A stretch of 64,000 nucleotides of DNA from Eledone cirrhosa (Eukaryota), in the NCBI GenBank assembly GCA_964016885.1, contig OZ024753.1, forward strand, positions 28,520,001-28,584,000, written 5' to 3'. Shown one piece after another: positions 1-15,000 of this stretch. Under the pieces are notes generated by a model. It was not told where the DNA came from. It made no database searches and was given only the letters and a program-made list of their open reading frames with translations. Every line of letters begins with the position of its first letter. Positions within the stretch are counted from its first letter, which is position 1. The translations under genes and the position numbers were made by a program.

Positions 1-3000
1 ATTATTACTGCCAGACAGTGACTCATGTATGGGCCTTGGTAGTTACAAAAGAGAGCTCTATATAATTATTCCTGCCAGACAGTCACTCATGTATGGGCCT
101 TGGAAGTTACAAAAGAGAGCTCTATATAATTATTACTTCCAAACAGTCACTCATGTATGGGCCTTGGTAGTTACAAAAGAGAGCTCTATATAATTATTAC
201 TGCCAGACAGTCACTCATGTATGGGCCGTGGTAGTTACAAAAGAGAGTTCTATATAATTATTACTTCCAAAGAGTCACTCATGTATGGGCCTTGGTAGTT
301 ACAAAAGAGAGCTCTATATAATTATTACTGCCAGACAGTCACTCATGTATGGGCCGTGGTAGTTACAAAAGAGAGTTCTATATAATTATTACTGCCAGAC
401 AGTCACTCATGTATGGGCCTTGGTAGTTACAAAATGGAGCTCTATATAATTATTACTGCCAGACAGTCACTCATGTATAGGCCTTGGTAGTTAAAAAAGA
501 GTGTTCTATATAATTACTACTGCCAGACAGTCACTCATGTATGTGCCTTGGCAGTTACAAAAGAGAGCTCTATATAATTATTACTTCCAAACAGTCACTC
601 ATGTATGGGCCTTGGGAGTTACAAAAGACAGCTCTATATAATTATTACTGCCAGAGAGTCACTCATGTATGGGCCTTGATAGTTACAAAAGACAGCTCAA
701 TATAATTATTACTGCCAGACAGTCACTCATGTATGTGCCTTGGCAGTTACAAAAGAGAGCACTATATAATTATTACTTCCAAACAGTCACTCATGTATGG
801 GCCTTGGTAGTTACAAAAGAGAGCTCTATATAATTATTACTGCCAGACAGTCACTCATGTATGTGCCTTGGCAGTTACAAAAGAGAGCTCTATATAATTA
901 TTACTTCCAAACATTCACTCATGTATGGGCCTTGGGAGTTACAAAAGACAGCTCTATATGATTATTACTGCCAGAGAGTCACTCATGTATGGGCCTTGAT
1001 AGTTACAAAAGAGAGCTCTATATAATTATTACTGCCAGACAGTCACTCATGTATGGGCCTTGGTAGTTACAAAAGAGAGCTCTATATAATTGTTACTGCC
1101 AGACAGTCACTTATGTATGGGCCTTGGTAGTTACAAAAGAGAGCTCTATATAATTATTACTGCCAGACAGTCACTCATGTATAGTCCTTGGTAGTTACAA
1201 AAGAGAGCTCTATATAATTATTACTGCCAGACAGTCACTCATGTATGGGCCTTGGTAGTTACAAAGGAGAGCTCTATATAATTATTACTGCCAGACAGTC
1301 ACTCATGTATGGGCCTTGGTAGTTACAAAAGGGAGCTCTATATAATTATTACTGCCAGACAGTCACTCATGTATGGGCCTTGGTAGTTACAAAAGGGAGC
1401 TCTATATAATTATTACTGCCAGACAGTCACTCATGTATGGGCCTTAGTATTTACAAAAGGGAGCTCTATATAATTATTACTGCCAGACAGTCACTCATGT
1501 ATGGGCCTTGGTAGTTGCAAAAGAGAGCTCTATATAATTATTACTGCCAGACAGTCACTCATGTATGGGCCTTGGTAGTTACAAAAGAGAATTCTATATA
1601 ATTATTACTGCCAGACAGTCACTCATGTATGGGCCTTGGTAGTTACAAAAGAGAGCTCTATATAATTATTACTGCCAGACAGTCACTCATGTATGGGCCT
1701 TGGAAGTTACAAAAGAGAGCTCTATATAATTATTACTTCCAAACAGTCACTCATGTATGGGCCTTGGTAGTTACAAAAGAGAGCTCTATATAATTATTAC
1801 TGCCAGACAGTCACTCATGTATGGGCCGTGGTAGTTACAAAAGAGAGTTCTATATAATTATTACTGCCAGACAGTCACTCATGTATGGGCCTTGTTAGTT
1901 ACAAAAGAGAGCTCTATATAATTATTACTGCCAGACAGTCACTCATGTATGGGCCTTGATAGTTACAAAAGGGAGCTCTATATAATTATTACTGCCAGAC
2001 AGTCACTCATGTATGGGCCTTGGTAGTTACAAAGGAGAGCTCTATATAATTATTACTGCCAGACAGTCACTCATGTATGGGCCTTGGTAGTTACAAAAGG
2101 GAGCTCTATATAATTATTACTGCCAGACAGTCACTCATGTATAGGCCTTGGTAGTTAAAAAAGAGTGTTCTATATAATTATTACTGCCAGACAGTCACTC
2201 ATGTATGTGCCTTGGCAGTTACAAAAGAGAGCTCTATATAATTATTACTTCCAAACAGTCACTCATGTATGGGCCTTGGGAGTTACAAAAGACAGCTCTA
2301 TATAATTATTACTGCCAGAGAGTCACTCATGTATGGGCCTTGATAGTTACAAAAGAGAGCTCTATATAATTATTACTGCCAGACAGTCACTCATGTATGG
2401 GCCTTGGTAGTTACAAAAGAGAGCTCTATATAATTGTTACTGCCAGACAGTCACTCATGTATGGGCCTTGGTAGTTACAAAAGAGAGCTCTATATAATTA
2501 TTACTGCCAGACAGTCACTCATGTATAGTCCTTGGTAGTTACAAAAGAGAGCTCTATATAATTATTACTGCCAGACAGTCACTCATGTATGGGCCTTGGT
2601 AGTTACAAAGGAGAGCTCTATATAATTATTACTGCCAGACAGTCACTTATGTATAGCCCTTGGTAGTTACAAAAGAGAGTTCTATATAATTATTACTGCC
2701 AGACAGTCACTCATGTATAGGCCTTGGTAGTTACAAAAGAGAGTTCTATATAATTATTACTGCCAGACAGTCACTCATGTATAGGCCTTGGTAGTTACAA
2801 AAGAGAGTTCTATATAATTATTACTGCCAGACAGTCACTCATGTATGGGCCTTGGTAGTTAGAAAAGACAGCTCTATATAATTATTACTGCCAGACAGTC
2901 ACTCATGTATGGGCCTTGGTAGTTACAAAAGACAGCTCTATATAATTATTACTGCCAGACAGTCACTCATGTATGGGCCTTGGTAGTTACAAAAGAGAAT

Positions 3001-6000
3001 TCTATATAATTATTACTGCCAGACAGTCACTCATGTATGGGCCTTGGTAGTTACAAAAGAGAGCTCTATATAATTATTACTGCCAGACAGTCACTCATGT
3101 ATAGGCCTTGGTAGTTACAAAAGAGAGTTCTATATAATTATTACTGCCAGACCGTCACTCATGTATGGGCCTTGGTAGTTACAAAAGACAGCTCTATATA
3201 ATTATTACTGCCAGACAGTCACTCATGTATGGGCCTTGATAGTTACAAAAGAGAGCTCTATATAATTATTACTGCCAGACAGTCACTCATGTATGGGCCT
3301 TTGTAGTTACAAAAGAGAGTTCTATATAATTATTACTGTCAGGCAGTCACTCATGTATGGGCTTTGGTAGTTACAAAAGACAGCTCTATATAATTATTAC
3401 TGCCAGACAGTCACTCATGTCTGGGCCTTGATAGTTACAAAAGGGAGCTCTATATAATTATTACTGCCAGACAGTCACTCATGTATGGGCCTTGGTAGTT
3501 ACAAAGGAGAACTCTATATAATTATTACTGCCAGACAGTCACTCATGTATGGGCCTTGGTAGTTACAAAAGGGAGCTCTATATAATTATTACTGCCAGAC
3601 AGTCACTAATGTATAGGCCTTGGTAGTTACAAAAGAGTGTTCTATATAATTATTCCTGCCAGACAGTCACTCATGTATGTGCCTTGATAGTTACAAAAGG
3701 GAGCTCTATATAATTATTACTGCCAGACAGTCACTCATGTATGGGCCTTGGTATTTACAATAGGGAGCTCTATATAATTATTACTGTCAGACAGTCACTC
3801 ATGTATGGGCCTTGGTAGTTACAAAAGAGAGAGCTATATAATTATTACTTCCAAACAGTCACTCATGTATGGGCCTTGGTAGTTACAAAAGACAGCTCTA
3901 TATAATTATTACTGCCAGACAGTCACTCATGTATGTGCCTTGGCAGTTACAAAAGAGAGCTCTATATAATTATTACTGCCAGACAGTCACTCATGTATGG
4001 GCCTTGGTAGTTACAAAGGAGAGCTCTATATAATTATTACTGCCAGACAGTCACTCATGTATGGGCCTTGGTAGTTACAAAAGGGAGCTCTATATAATTA
4101 TTACTGCCAGACAGTCACTCATGTATGGGCCTTGGTAGTTACAAAAGGGAGCTCTATATAATTATTACTGCCAGACAGTCACTCATGTATGGGCCTTGGT
4201 ATTTACAAAAGGGAGCTCTATATAATTATTACTGCCAGACAGTCACTCATGTATGGGCCTCGGTAGTTACAAAAGAGAGCTCTATATAATTATTACTCCC
4301 AGACAGTCACTCATGTATGGGCCTTGGTAGTTACAAAAGGGAGCTCTATATATTTATTACTGTCAGACAGTCACTCATGTATGGGCCTTGGTAGTTACAA
4401 AAGAGAGCTCTATATAATTATTACTGCCAGACAGTCACTCATGTATAGGCCTTGGTAGTTACAAAAGAGAGCTCTATATAATTATTACTGCCAGACAGTC
4501 ACTCATGTATAGTCCTTGGTAGTTACAAAAGAGAGCTCTATATAATTATTACTGCCAGACAGTCACTCATGTATGGGCCTTGGTAGTTACAAAGGAGAGC
4601 TCTATATAATTATTACTGCCAGACAGTCACTCATGTATGGGCCTTGGTAGTTACAAAAGGGAGCTCTATATAATTATTACTGCCAGACAGTCACTCATGT
4701 ATGGGCCTTGGTAGTTACAAAAGGGAGCTCTATATAATTATTACTGCCAGACAGTCACTCATGTATGGGCCTTAGTATTTACAAAAGGGAGCTCTATATA
4801 ATTATTACTGCCAGACAGTCACTCATGTATGGGCCTTGGTAGTTACAAAAGAGAGCTCTATATAATTATTACTGCCAGACAGTCACTCATGTATGGGCCT
4901 TGGTAGTTACAAAAGAGAATTCTATATAATTATAACTGCCAGACAGTCACTCATGTATGGGCCTTGGTAGTTACAAAAGAGAGCTCTATATAATTATTAC
5001 TGCCAGACAGTCACTCATGTATGGGCCTTGGAAGTTACAAAAGAGAGCTCTATATAATTATTACTTCCAAACAGTCACTCATGTATGGGCCTTGGTAGTT
5101 ACAAAAGAGAGCTCTATATAATTATTACTGCCAGACAGTCACTCATGTATGGGCCTTGGTAGTTACAAAAGGGAGCTCTATATAATTATTACTGCCAGAC
5201 AGTCACTCATGTATGGGCCTTAGTATTTACAAAAGGGAGCTCTATATAATTATTACTGCCAGACAGTCACTCATGTATGGGCCTTGGTAGTTGCAAAAGA
5301 GAGCTCTATATAATTATTACTGCCAGACAGTCACTCATGTATGGGCCTTGGTAGTTACAAAAGAGAATTCTATATAATTATTACTGCCAGACAGTCACTC
5401 ATGTATGGGCCTTGGTAGTTACAAAAGAGAGCTCTATATAATTATTACTGCCAGACAGTCACTCATGTATGGGCCTTGGAAGTTACAAAAGAGAGCTCTA
5501 TATAATTATTACTTCCAAACAGTCACTCATGTATGGGCCGTGGTAGTTACAAAAGAGAGCTCTATATAATTATTACTGCCAGACAGTCACTCATGTATGG
5601 GCCGTGGTAGTTACAAAAGAGAGTTCTATATAATTATTACTGCCAGACAGTCACTCATGTATGGGCCTTGTTAGTTACAAAAGAGAGCTCTATATAATTA
5701 TTACTGCCAGACAGTCACTCATGTATGGGCCTTGATAGTTACAAAAGGGAGCTCTATATAATTATTACTGCCAGACAGTCACTCATGTATGGGCCTTGGT
5801 AGTCACAAAGGAGAGCTCTATATAATTATTACTGCCAGACAGTCACTCATGTATGGGCCTTGGTAGTTACAAAAGGGAGCTCTATATAATTATTACTGCC
5901 AGGCAGTCACTCATGTATAGGCCTTGGTAGTTAAAAAAGAGTGTTCTATATAATTATTACTGCCAGACAGTCACTCATGTATGTGCCTTGGCAGTTACAA

Positions 6001-9000
6001 AAGAGAGCTCTATATAATTATTACTTCCAAACAGTCACTCATGTATGGGCCTTGGGAGTTACAAAAGAGAGCTCTATATAATTATTACTTCCAAACAGTC
6101 ACTCATGTATGGGCCTTGGTAGTTACAAAAGAGAGCTCTATATAATTATTACTGCCAGACAGTCACTCATGTATGGGCCTTGGTAGTTACAAAAGAGAAT
6201 TCTATATAATTATTACTGCCAGACAGTCACTCATGTATGGGCCTTGTTAGTTACAAAAGAGAGCTCTATATAATTATTACTGCCAGACAGTCACTCATGT
6301 ATGGGCGTTGGAAGTTTCAAAAGAGAGCTCTATATAATTATTACTTCCAAACAGTCACTCATGTATGGGTCTTGGTAGTTACAAAAGGGAGCTCTATATA
6401 ATTATTACTGCCAGACAGTCACTCATGTATAGCCCTTGGTAGTTACAAAAGAGAGTTCTATATAATTATTACTGCCAGACAGTCACTTATGTATAGGCCT
6501 TGGTAGTTACAAAAGAGAGTTCTATATAATTATTACTGCCAGACAGTCACTCATGTATAGGCCTTGGTAGTTACAAAAGAGAGTTCTATATAATTATTAC
6601 TGCCAGACAGTCACTCATGTATGGGCCTTGGTAGTTAGAAAAGACAGCTCTATATAATTATTACTGCCAGACAGTCACTCATGTATGGGCCTTGGTAGTT
6701 ACAAAAGACAGCTCTATATAATTATTACTGCCAGACAGTCACTCATGTATGGGCCTTGGTAGTTACAAAAGAGAATTCTATATAATTATTACTGCCAGAC
6801 AGTCACTCATGTATGGGCCTTGGTAGTTACAAAAGAGAGCTCTATATAATTATGACTGCCAGACAGTCACTCATGTATAGGCCTTGGTAGTTACAAAAGA
6901 GAGTTCTATATAATTATTACTGCCAGACAGTCACTCATGTATGGGCCTTGGTAGTTACAAAAGACAGCTCTATATAATTTTACTGCCAGACAGTCACTCA
7001 TGTATAGGCCTTTGTAGTTACAAAAGAGAGTTCTATATAATTATTACTGCCAGGCAGTCACTCATGTATGGGCTTTGGTAGTTACAAAAGACAGCTCTAT
7101 ATAATTATTACTGCCAGACAGTCACTCATGTCTGGGCCTTGATAGTTACAAAAGGGAGCTCTATATAATTATTACTGCCAGACAGTCACTCATGTATGGG
7201 CCTTGGTAGTTACAAAGGAGAACTCTATATAATTATTACTGCCAGACAGTCACTCATGTATGGGCCTTGGTAGTTACAAAAGGGAGCTCTATATAATTAT
7301 TACTGCCAGACAGTCACTAATGTATAGGCCTTGGTAGTTACAAAAGAGTGTTCTATATAATTATTCCTGCCAGACAGTCACTCATGTATGTGCCTTGATA
7401 GTTACAAAAGGGAGCTCTATATAATTATTACTGCCAGACAGTCACTCATGTATGGGCCTTGGTATTTACAATAGGGAGCTCTATATAATTATTACTGTCA
7501 GACAGTCACTCATGTATGGGCCTTGGTAGTTACAAAAGAGAGATCTATATAATTATTACTTCCAAACAGTCACTCATGTATGGGCCTTGGTAGTTACAAA
7601 AGACAGCTCTATATAATTATTACTGCCAGACAGTCACTCATGTATGTGCCTTGGCAGTTACAAAAGAGAGCTCTATATAATTATTACTGCCAGACAGTCA
7701 CTCATGTATGGGCCTTGGTAGTTACAAAGGAGAGCTCTATATAATTATTACTGCCAGACAGTCACTCATGTATGGGCCTTGGTAGTTACAAAAGGGAGCT
7801 CTATATAATTATTACTGCCAGACAGTCACTCATGTATGGGCCTTGGTAGTTACAAAAGGGAGCTCTATATAATTATTACTGCCAGACAGTCACTCATGTA
7901 TGGGCCTTGGTATTTACAAAAGGGAGCTCTATATAATTATTACTGCCAGACAGTCACTCATGTATGGGCCTTGGTAGTTACAAAAGAGAGCTCTATATAA
8001 TTATTACTCCCAGACAGTCACTCATGTATGGGCCTTGGTAGTTACAAAAGGGAGCTCTATATATTTATTACTGTCAGACAGTCACTCATGTATGGGCCTT
8101 GGTAGTTACAAAAGAGAGCTCTATATAATTATTACTGCCAGACAGTCACTCATGTATAGGCCTTGGTAGTTACAAAAGAGAGTTCTATATAATTATTACT
8201 GCCAGACAGTCACTCATGTATGGGCCTTGGTAGTTACAAAAGAGAGTTCTATATAATTATTACTGCCAGACAGTCACTCATGTATGGGCCTTGGTAGTTA
8301 CAAAAGACAGCTCTATATAATTATTACTGCCAGACAGTCACTCATGTATGGGCCTTGGTAGTTACAAAAGACAGCTCTATACAATTATTACTGCCAGACA
8401 GTCACTCATGTATAGGCCTTTGTAGTTACAAAAGAGAGTTCTATATAATTATTACTGCCAGACAGTCACTCATGTATGGGCCTTGATAGTTACAAAAGGG
8501 AGCTCTATATAATTATTACTGCCAGACAGTCACTCATGTATGGGCCTTGTTAGTTACAAAGGAGAGCTCTATATAATTATTACTGCCAGACAGTCACTCA
8601 TGTATGGGCCTTGGTAGTTACAAAAGGGAGCTCTATATAATTATTACTGCCAGACAGTCACTCATGTATAGGCCTTGGTAGTTAAAAAAGAGTGTTCTAT
8701 ATAATTATTACTGCCAGACAGTCACTCATGTATGTGCCTTGATAGTTACAAAAGAGAGCTCTATATAATTATTACTTCCAAACAGTCACTCATGTATGGG
8801 CCTTGGTAGTTACAAAAGACAGCTCTATATAATTATTACTGCCAGACAGTCACTCATGTATGTGCCTTGGCAGTTACAAAAGGGAGCTCTATATAATTAT
8901 TACTTCCAAACAGTCACTCATGTATGGGCCTTGGTAGTTACAAAAGAGAGCTCTATATAATTATTACTGCCAGACAGTCACTCATGTATGTGCCTTAGCA

Positions 9001-12000
9001 GTTACAAAAGAGAGCTCTATATAATTATTACTTCCAAACAGTCACTCATGTATGGGCCTTGGGAGTTACAAAAGACAGCTCTATATGATTATTACTGCCA
9101 GAGAGTCACTCATGTATGGGCCTTGATAGTTACAAAAGAGAGCTCTATATAATTATTACTGCCAGACAGTCACTCATGTATGGGCCTTGGTAGTTACAAA
9201 AGAGAGCTCTATATAATTGTTACTGCCAGACAGTCACTCATGTATGGGCCTTGGTAGTTACAAAAGAGAGCTCTATATAATTATTACTGCCAGACAGTCA
9301 CTCATGTATAGTCCTTGGTAGTTACAAAAGAGAGCTCTATATAATTATTACTGCCAGACAGTCACTCATGTATGGGCCTTGGTAGTTACAAAGGAGAGCT
9401 CTATATAATTATTACTGCCAGACAGTCACTCATGTATGGGCCTTGGTAGTTACAAAAGGGAGCTCTATATAATTATTACTGCCAGACAGTCACTCATGTA
9501 TGGGCCTTGGTAGTTACAAAAGGGAGCTCTATATAATTATTACTGCCAGACAGTCACTCATGTATGGGCCTTAGTATTTACAAAAGGGAGCTCTATATAA
9601 TTATTACTGCCAGACAGTCACTCATGTATGGGCCTTGGTAGTTGCAAAAGAGTGTTCTATATAATTATTCCTGCCAGACAGTCACTCATGTATGTGCCTT
9701 GATAGTTACAAAAGGGAGCTCTATATAATTATTACTGCCAGACAGTCACTCATGTATGGGCCTTGGTATTTACAATAGGGAGCTCTATATAATTATTACT
9801 GTCAGACAGTCACTCATGTATGGGCCTTGGTAGTTACAAAAGAGAGATCTATATAATTATTACTTCCAAACAGTCACTCATGTATGGGCCTTGGTAGTTA
9901 CAAAAGACAGCTCTATATAATTATTACTGCCAGACAGTCACTCATGTATGTGCCTTGGCAGTTACAAAAGAGAGCTCTATATAATTATTACTGCCAGACA
10001 GTCACTCATGTATGGGCCTTGGTAGTTACAAAGGAGAGCTCTATATAATTATTACTGCCAGACAGTCACTCATGTATGGGCCTTGGTAGTTACAAAAGGG
10101 AGCTCTATATAATTATTACTGCCAGACAGTCACTCATGTATGGGCCTTGGTAGTTACAAAAGGGAGCTCTATATAATTATTACTGCCAGACAGTCACTCA
10201 TGTATGGGCCTTGGTATTTACAAAAGGGAGCTCTATATAATTATTACTGCCAGACAGTCACTCATGTATGGGCCTTGGTAGTTACAAAAGAGAGCTCTAT
10301 ATAATTATTACTCCCAGACAGTCACTCATGTATGGGCCTTGGTAGTTACAAAAGGGAGCTCTATATATTTATTACTGTCAGACAGTCACTCATGTATGGG
10401 CCTTGGTAGTTACAAAAGAGAGCTCTATATAATTATTACTGCCAGACAGTCACTCATGTATAGGCCTTGGTAGTTACAAAAGAGAGTTCTATATAATTAT
10501 TACTGCCAGACAGTCACTCATGTATGGGCCTTGGTAGTTACAAAAGAGAGCTCTATATAATTATTACTGCCAGACAGTCACTCATGTATGGGCCTTGGTA
10601 GTTACAAAAGAGAGTTCTATATAATTATTACTGCCAGACAGTCACTCATGTATGTGCCTTGATAGTTACAAAAGGGAGCTCTATATAATTATTACTGCCA
10701 GACAGTCACTCATGTATGGGCCTTGGTATTTACAATAGGGAGCTCTATATAATTATTACTGTCAGACAGTCACTCATGTATGGGCCTTGGTAGTTACAAA
10801 AGAGAGATCTATATAATTATTACTTCCAAACAGTCACTCATGTATGGGCCTTGGTAGTTACAAAAGACAGCTCTATATAATTATTACTGCCAGACAGTCA
10901 CTCATGTATGTGCCTTGGCAGTTACAAAAGAGAGCTCTATATAATTATTACTGCCAGACAGTCACTCATGTATGGGCCTTGGTAGTTACAAAGGAGAGCT
11001 CTATATAATTATTACTGCCAGACAGTCACTCATGTATGGGCCTTGGTAGTTACAAAAGGGAGCTCTATATAATTATTACTGCCAGACAGTCACTCATGTA
11101 TGGGCCTTGGTAGTTACAAAAGGGAGCTCTATATAATTATTACTGCCAGACAGTCACTCATGTATGGGCCTTGGTATTTACAAAAGGGAGCTCTATATAA
11201 TTATTACTGCCAGACAGTCACTCATGTATGGGCCTTGGTAGTTACAAAAGAGAGCTCTATATAATTATTACTCCCAGACAGTCACTCATGTATGGGCCTT
11301 GGTAGTTACAAAAGGGAGCTCTATATATTTATTACTGTCAGACAGTCACTCATGTATGGGCCTTGGTAGTTACAAAAGAGAGCTCTATATAATTATTACT
11401 GCCAGACAGTCACTCATGTATAGGCCTTGGTAGTTACAAAAGAGAGTTCTATATAATTATTACTGCCAGACAGTCACTCATGTATGGGCCTTGGTAGTTA
11501 CAAAAGAGAGTTCTATATAATTATTACTGCCAGACAGTCACTCATGTATGGGCCTTGGTAGTTACAAAAGACAGCTCTATATAATTATTACTGCCAGACA
11601 GTCACTCATGTATGGGCCTTGGTAGTTACAAAAGACAGCTCTATACAATTATTACTGCCAGACAGTCACTCATGTATAGGCCTTTGTAGTTACAAAAGAG
11701 AGTTCTATATAATTATTACTGCCAGACAGTCACTCATGTATGGGCCTTGATAGTTACAAAAGGGAGCTCTATATAATTATTACTGCCAGACAGTCACTCA
11801 TGTATGGGCCTTGTTAGTTACAAAGGAGAGCTCTATATAATTATTACTGCCAGACAGTCACTCATGTATGGGCCTTGGTAGTTACAAAAGGGAGCTCTAT
11901 ATAATTATTACTGCCAGACAGTCACTCATGTATAAGCCTTGGTAGTTAAAAAAGAGTGTTCTATATAATTATTACTGCCAGACAGTCACTCATGTATGTG

Positions 12001-15000
12001 CCTTGATAGTTACAAAAGAGAGCTCTATATAATTATTACTTCCAAACAGTCACTCATGTATGGGCCTTGGTAGTTACAAAAGACAGCTCTATATAATTAT
12101 TACTGCCAGACAGTCACTCATGTATGTGCCTTGGCAGTTACAAAAGAGAGCTCTATATAATTATTACTTCCAAACAGTCACTCATGTATGGGCCTTGGTA
12201 GTTACAAAAGACAGCTCTATATAATTATTACTGCCAGACAGTCACTCATGTATGTGCCTTGGCAGTTACAAAAGAGAGCTCTATATAATTATTACTTCCA
12301 AACAGTCACTCATGTATGGGCCTTGGTAGTTACAAAAGAGAGCTCTATATAATTATTACTGCCAGACAGTCACTCATGTATGTGCCTTGGCAGTTACAAA
12401 AGAGAGTTCTATATAATTATTACTGCCAGACAGTCACTCATGTATGGGCCTTGGTAGTTACAAAAGACAGCTCTATATAATTATTACTGCCAGACAGTCA
12501 CTCATGTATGGGCCTTGGTAGTTACAAAAGACAGCTCTATACAATTATTACTGCCAGACAGTCACTCATGTATAGGCCTTTGTAGTTACAAAAGAGAGTT
12601 CTATATAATTATTACTGCCAGACAGTCACTCATGTATGGGCCTTGGTAGTTACAAAAGACAGCTCTATATAATTATTACTGCCAGACAGTCACTCATGTA
12701 TGGGCCTTGATAGTTACAAAAGGGAGCTCTATATAATTATTACTGCCAGACAGTCACTCATGTATGGGCCTTGGTAGTTACAAAGGAGAGCTCTATATAA
12801 TTATTACTGCCAGACAGTCACTCATGTATGGGCCTTGGTAGTTACAAAAGGGAGCTCTATATAATTATTACTGCCAGACAGTCACTCATGTATAGGCCTT
12901 GGTAGTTAAAAAAGAGTGTTCTATATAATTATTACTGCCAGACAGTCACTCATGTATGTGCCTTGATAGTTACAAAAGAGAGCTCTATATAATTATTACT
13001 TCCAAACAGTCACTCATGTATGGGCCTTGGTAGTTACAAAAGACAGCTCTATATAATTATTACTGCCAGACAGTCACTCATGTATGTGCCTTGGCAGTTA
13101 CAAAAGAGAGCTCTATATAATTATTACTTCCAAACAGTCACTCATGTATGGGCCTTGGTAGTTACAAAAGAGAGCTCTATATAATTATTACTGCCAGACA
13201 GTCACTCATGTATGTGCCTTGGCAGTTACAAAAGACAGCTCTATATAATTATTACTTCCAAACAGTCACTCATGTATGGGCCTTGGGAGTTACAAAAGAC
13301 AGCTCTATATGATTATTACTGCCAGAGAGTCACTCATGTATGGGCCTTGATAGTTACAAAAGAGAGCTCTATATAATTATTACTGCCAGACAGTCACTCA
13401 TGTATGGGCCTTGGTAGTTACAAAAGAGAGCTCTATATAATTGTTACTGCCAGACAGTCACTCATGTATGGGCCTTGGTAGTTACAAAAGAGAGCTCTAT
13501 ATAATTATTACTGCCAGACAGTCACTCATGTATAGTCCTTGGTAGTTACAAAAGAGAGCTCTATATAATTATTACTGCCAGACAGTCACTCATGTATGGG
13601 CCTTGGTAGTTACAAAGGAGAGCTCTATATAATTATTACTGCCAGACAGTCACTCATGTATGGGCCTTGGTAGTTACAAAAGGGAGCTCTATATAATTAT
13701 TACTGCCAGACAGTCACTCATGTATGGGCCTTGGTAGTTACAAAAGGGAGCTCTATATAATTATTACTGCCAGACAGTCACTCATGTATGGGCCTTAGTA
13801 TTTACAAAAGGGAGCTCTATATAATTATTACTGCCAGACAGTCACTCATGTATGGGCCTTGGTAGTTGCAAAAGACAGCTCTATATAATTATTACTGCCA
13901 GACAGTCACTCATGTATGGGCCTTGGTAGTTACAAAAGAGAATTCTATATAATTATTACTGCCAGACAGTCACTCATGTATGGGCCTTGGTAGTTACAAA
14001 AGAGAGCTCTATATAATTATTACTGCCAGACAGACACTCATGTATGGGCCTTGGAAGTTACAAAAGAGAGCTCTATATAATTATTACTTCCAAACAGTCA
14101 CTCATGTATGGGCCGTGGTAGTTACAAAAGAGAGCTCTATATAATTATTACTGCCAGACAGTCACTCATGTATGGGCCGTGGTAGTTACAAAAGAGAGTT
14201 CTATATAATTATTACTGCCAGACAGTCACTCATGTATGGGCCTTGTTAGTTACAAAAGAGAGCTCTATATAATTATTACTGCCAGACAGTCACTCATGTA
14301 TGGGCCTTGATAGTTACAAAAGGGAGCTCTATATAATTATTACTGCCAGACAGTCACTCATGTATGGGCCTTGGTAGTTACAAAGGAGAGCTCTATATAA
14401 TTATTACTGCCAGACAGTCACTCATGTATGGGCCTTGGTAGTTTCAAAAGGGAGCTCTATATAATTATTACTGCCTGACAGTCACTCATGTATAGGCCTT
14501 GGTAGTTAAAAAAGAGTGTTCTATATAATTATTACTGCCAGACAGTCACTCATGTATGTGCCTTGGCAGTTACAAAAGAGAGCTCTATATAATTATTACT
14601 TCCAAACAGTCACTCATGTATGGGCCTTGGGAGTTACAAAAGACAGCTCTATATAATTATTACTGCCAGAGAGTCACTCATGTATGGGCCTTGATAGTTA
14701 CAAAAGAGAGCTCTATATAATTATTACTGCCAGACAGTCACTCATGTATGGGCCTTGGTAGTTACAAAAGAGAGCTCTATATAATTGTTACTGCCAGACA
14801 GTCACTCATGTATGGGCCTTGGTAGTTACAAAAGAGAGCTCTATATAATTATTACTGCCAGACAGTCACTCATGTATAGTCCTTGGTAGTTACAAAAGAG
14901 AGCTCTATATAATTATTACTGCCAGACAGTCACTCATGTATGGGCCTTGGTAGTTACAAAGGAGAGCTCTATATAATTATTACTGCCAGACAGTCACTCA

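Noticed and set aside
1-64. Hammerhead within the satellite monomer, as in newt or schistosome satellites
   Set aside because: Neither strand of the consensus has CUGANGA plus GAAA.
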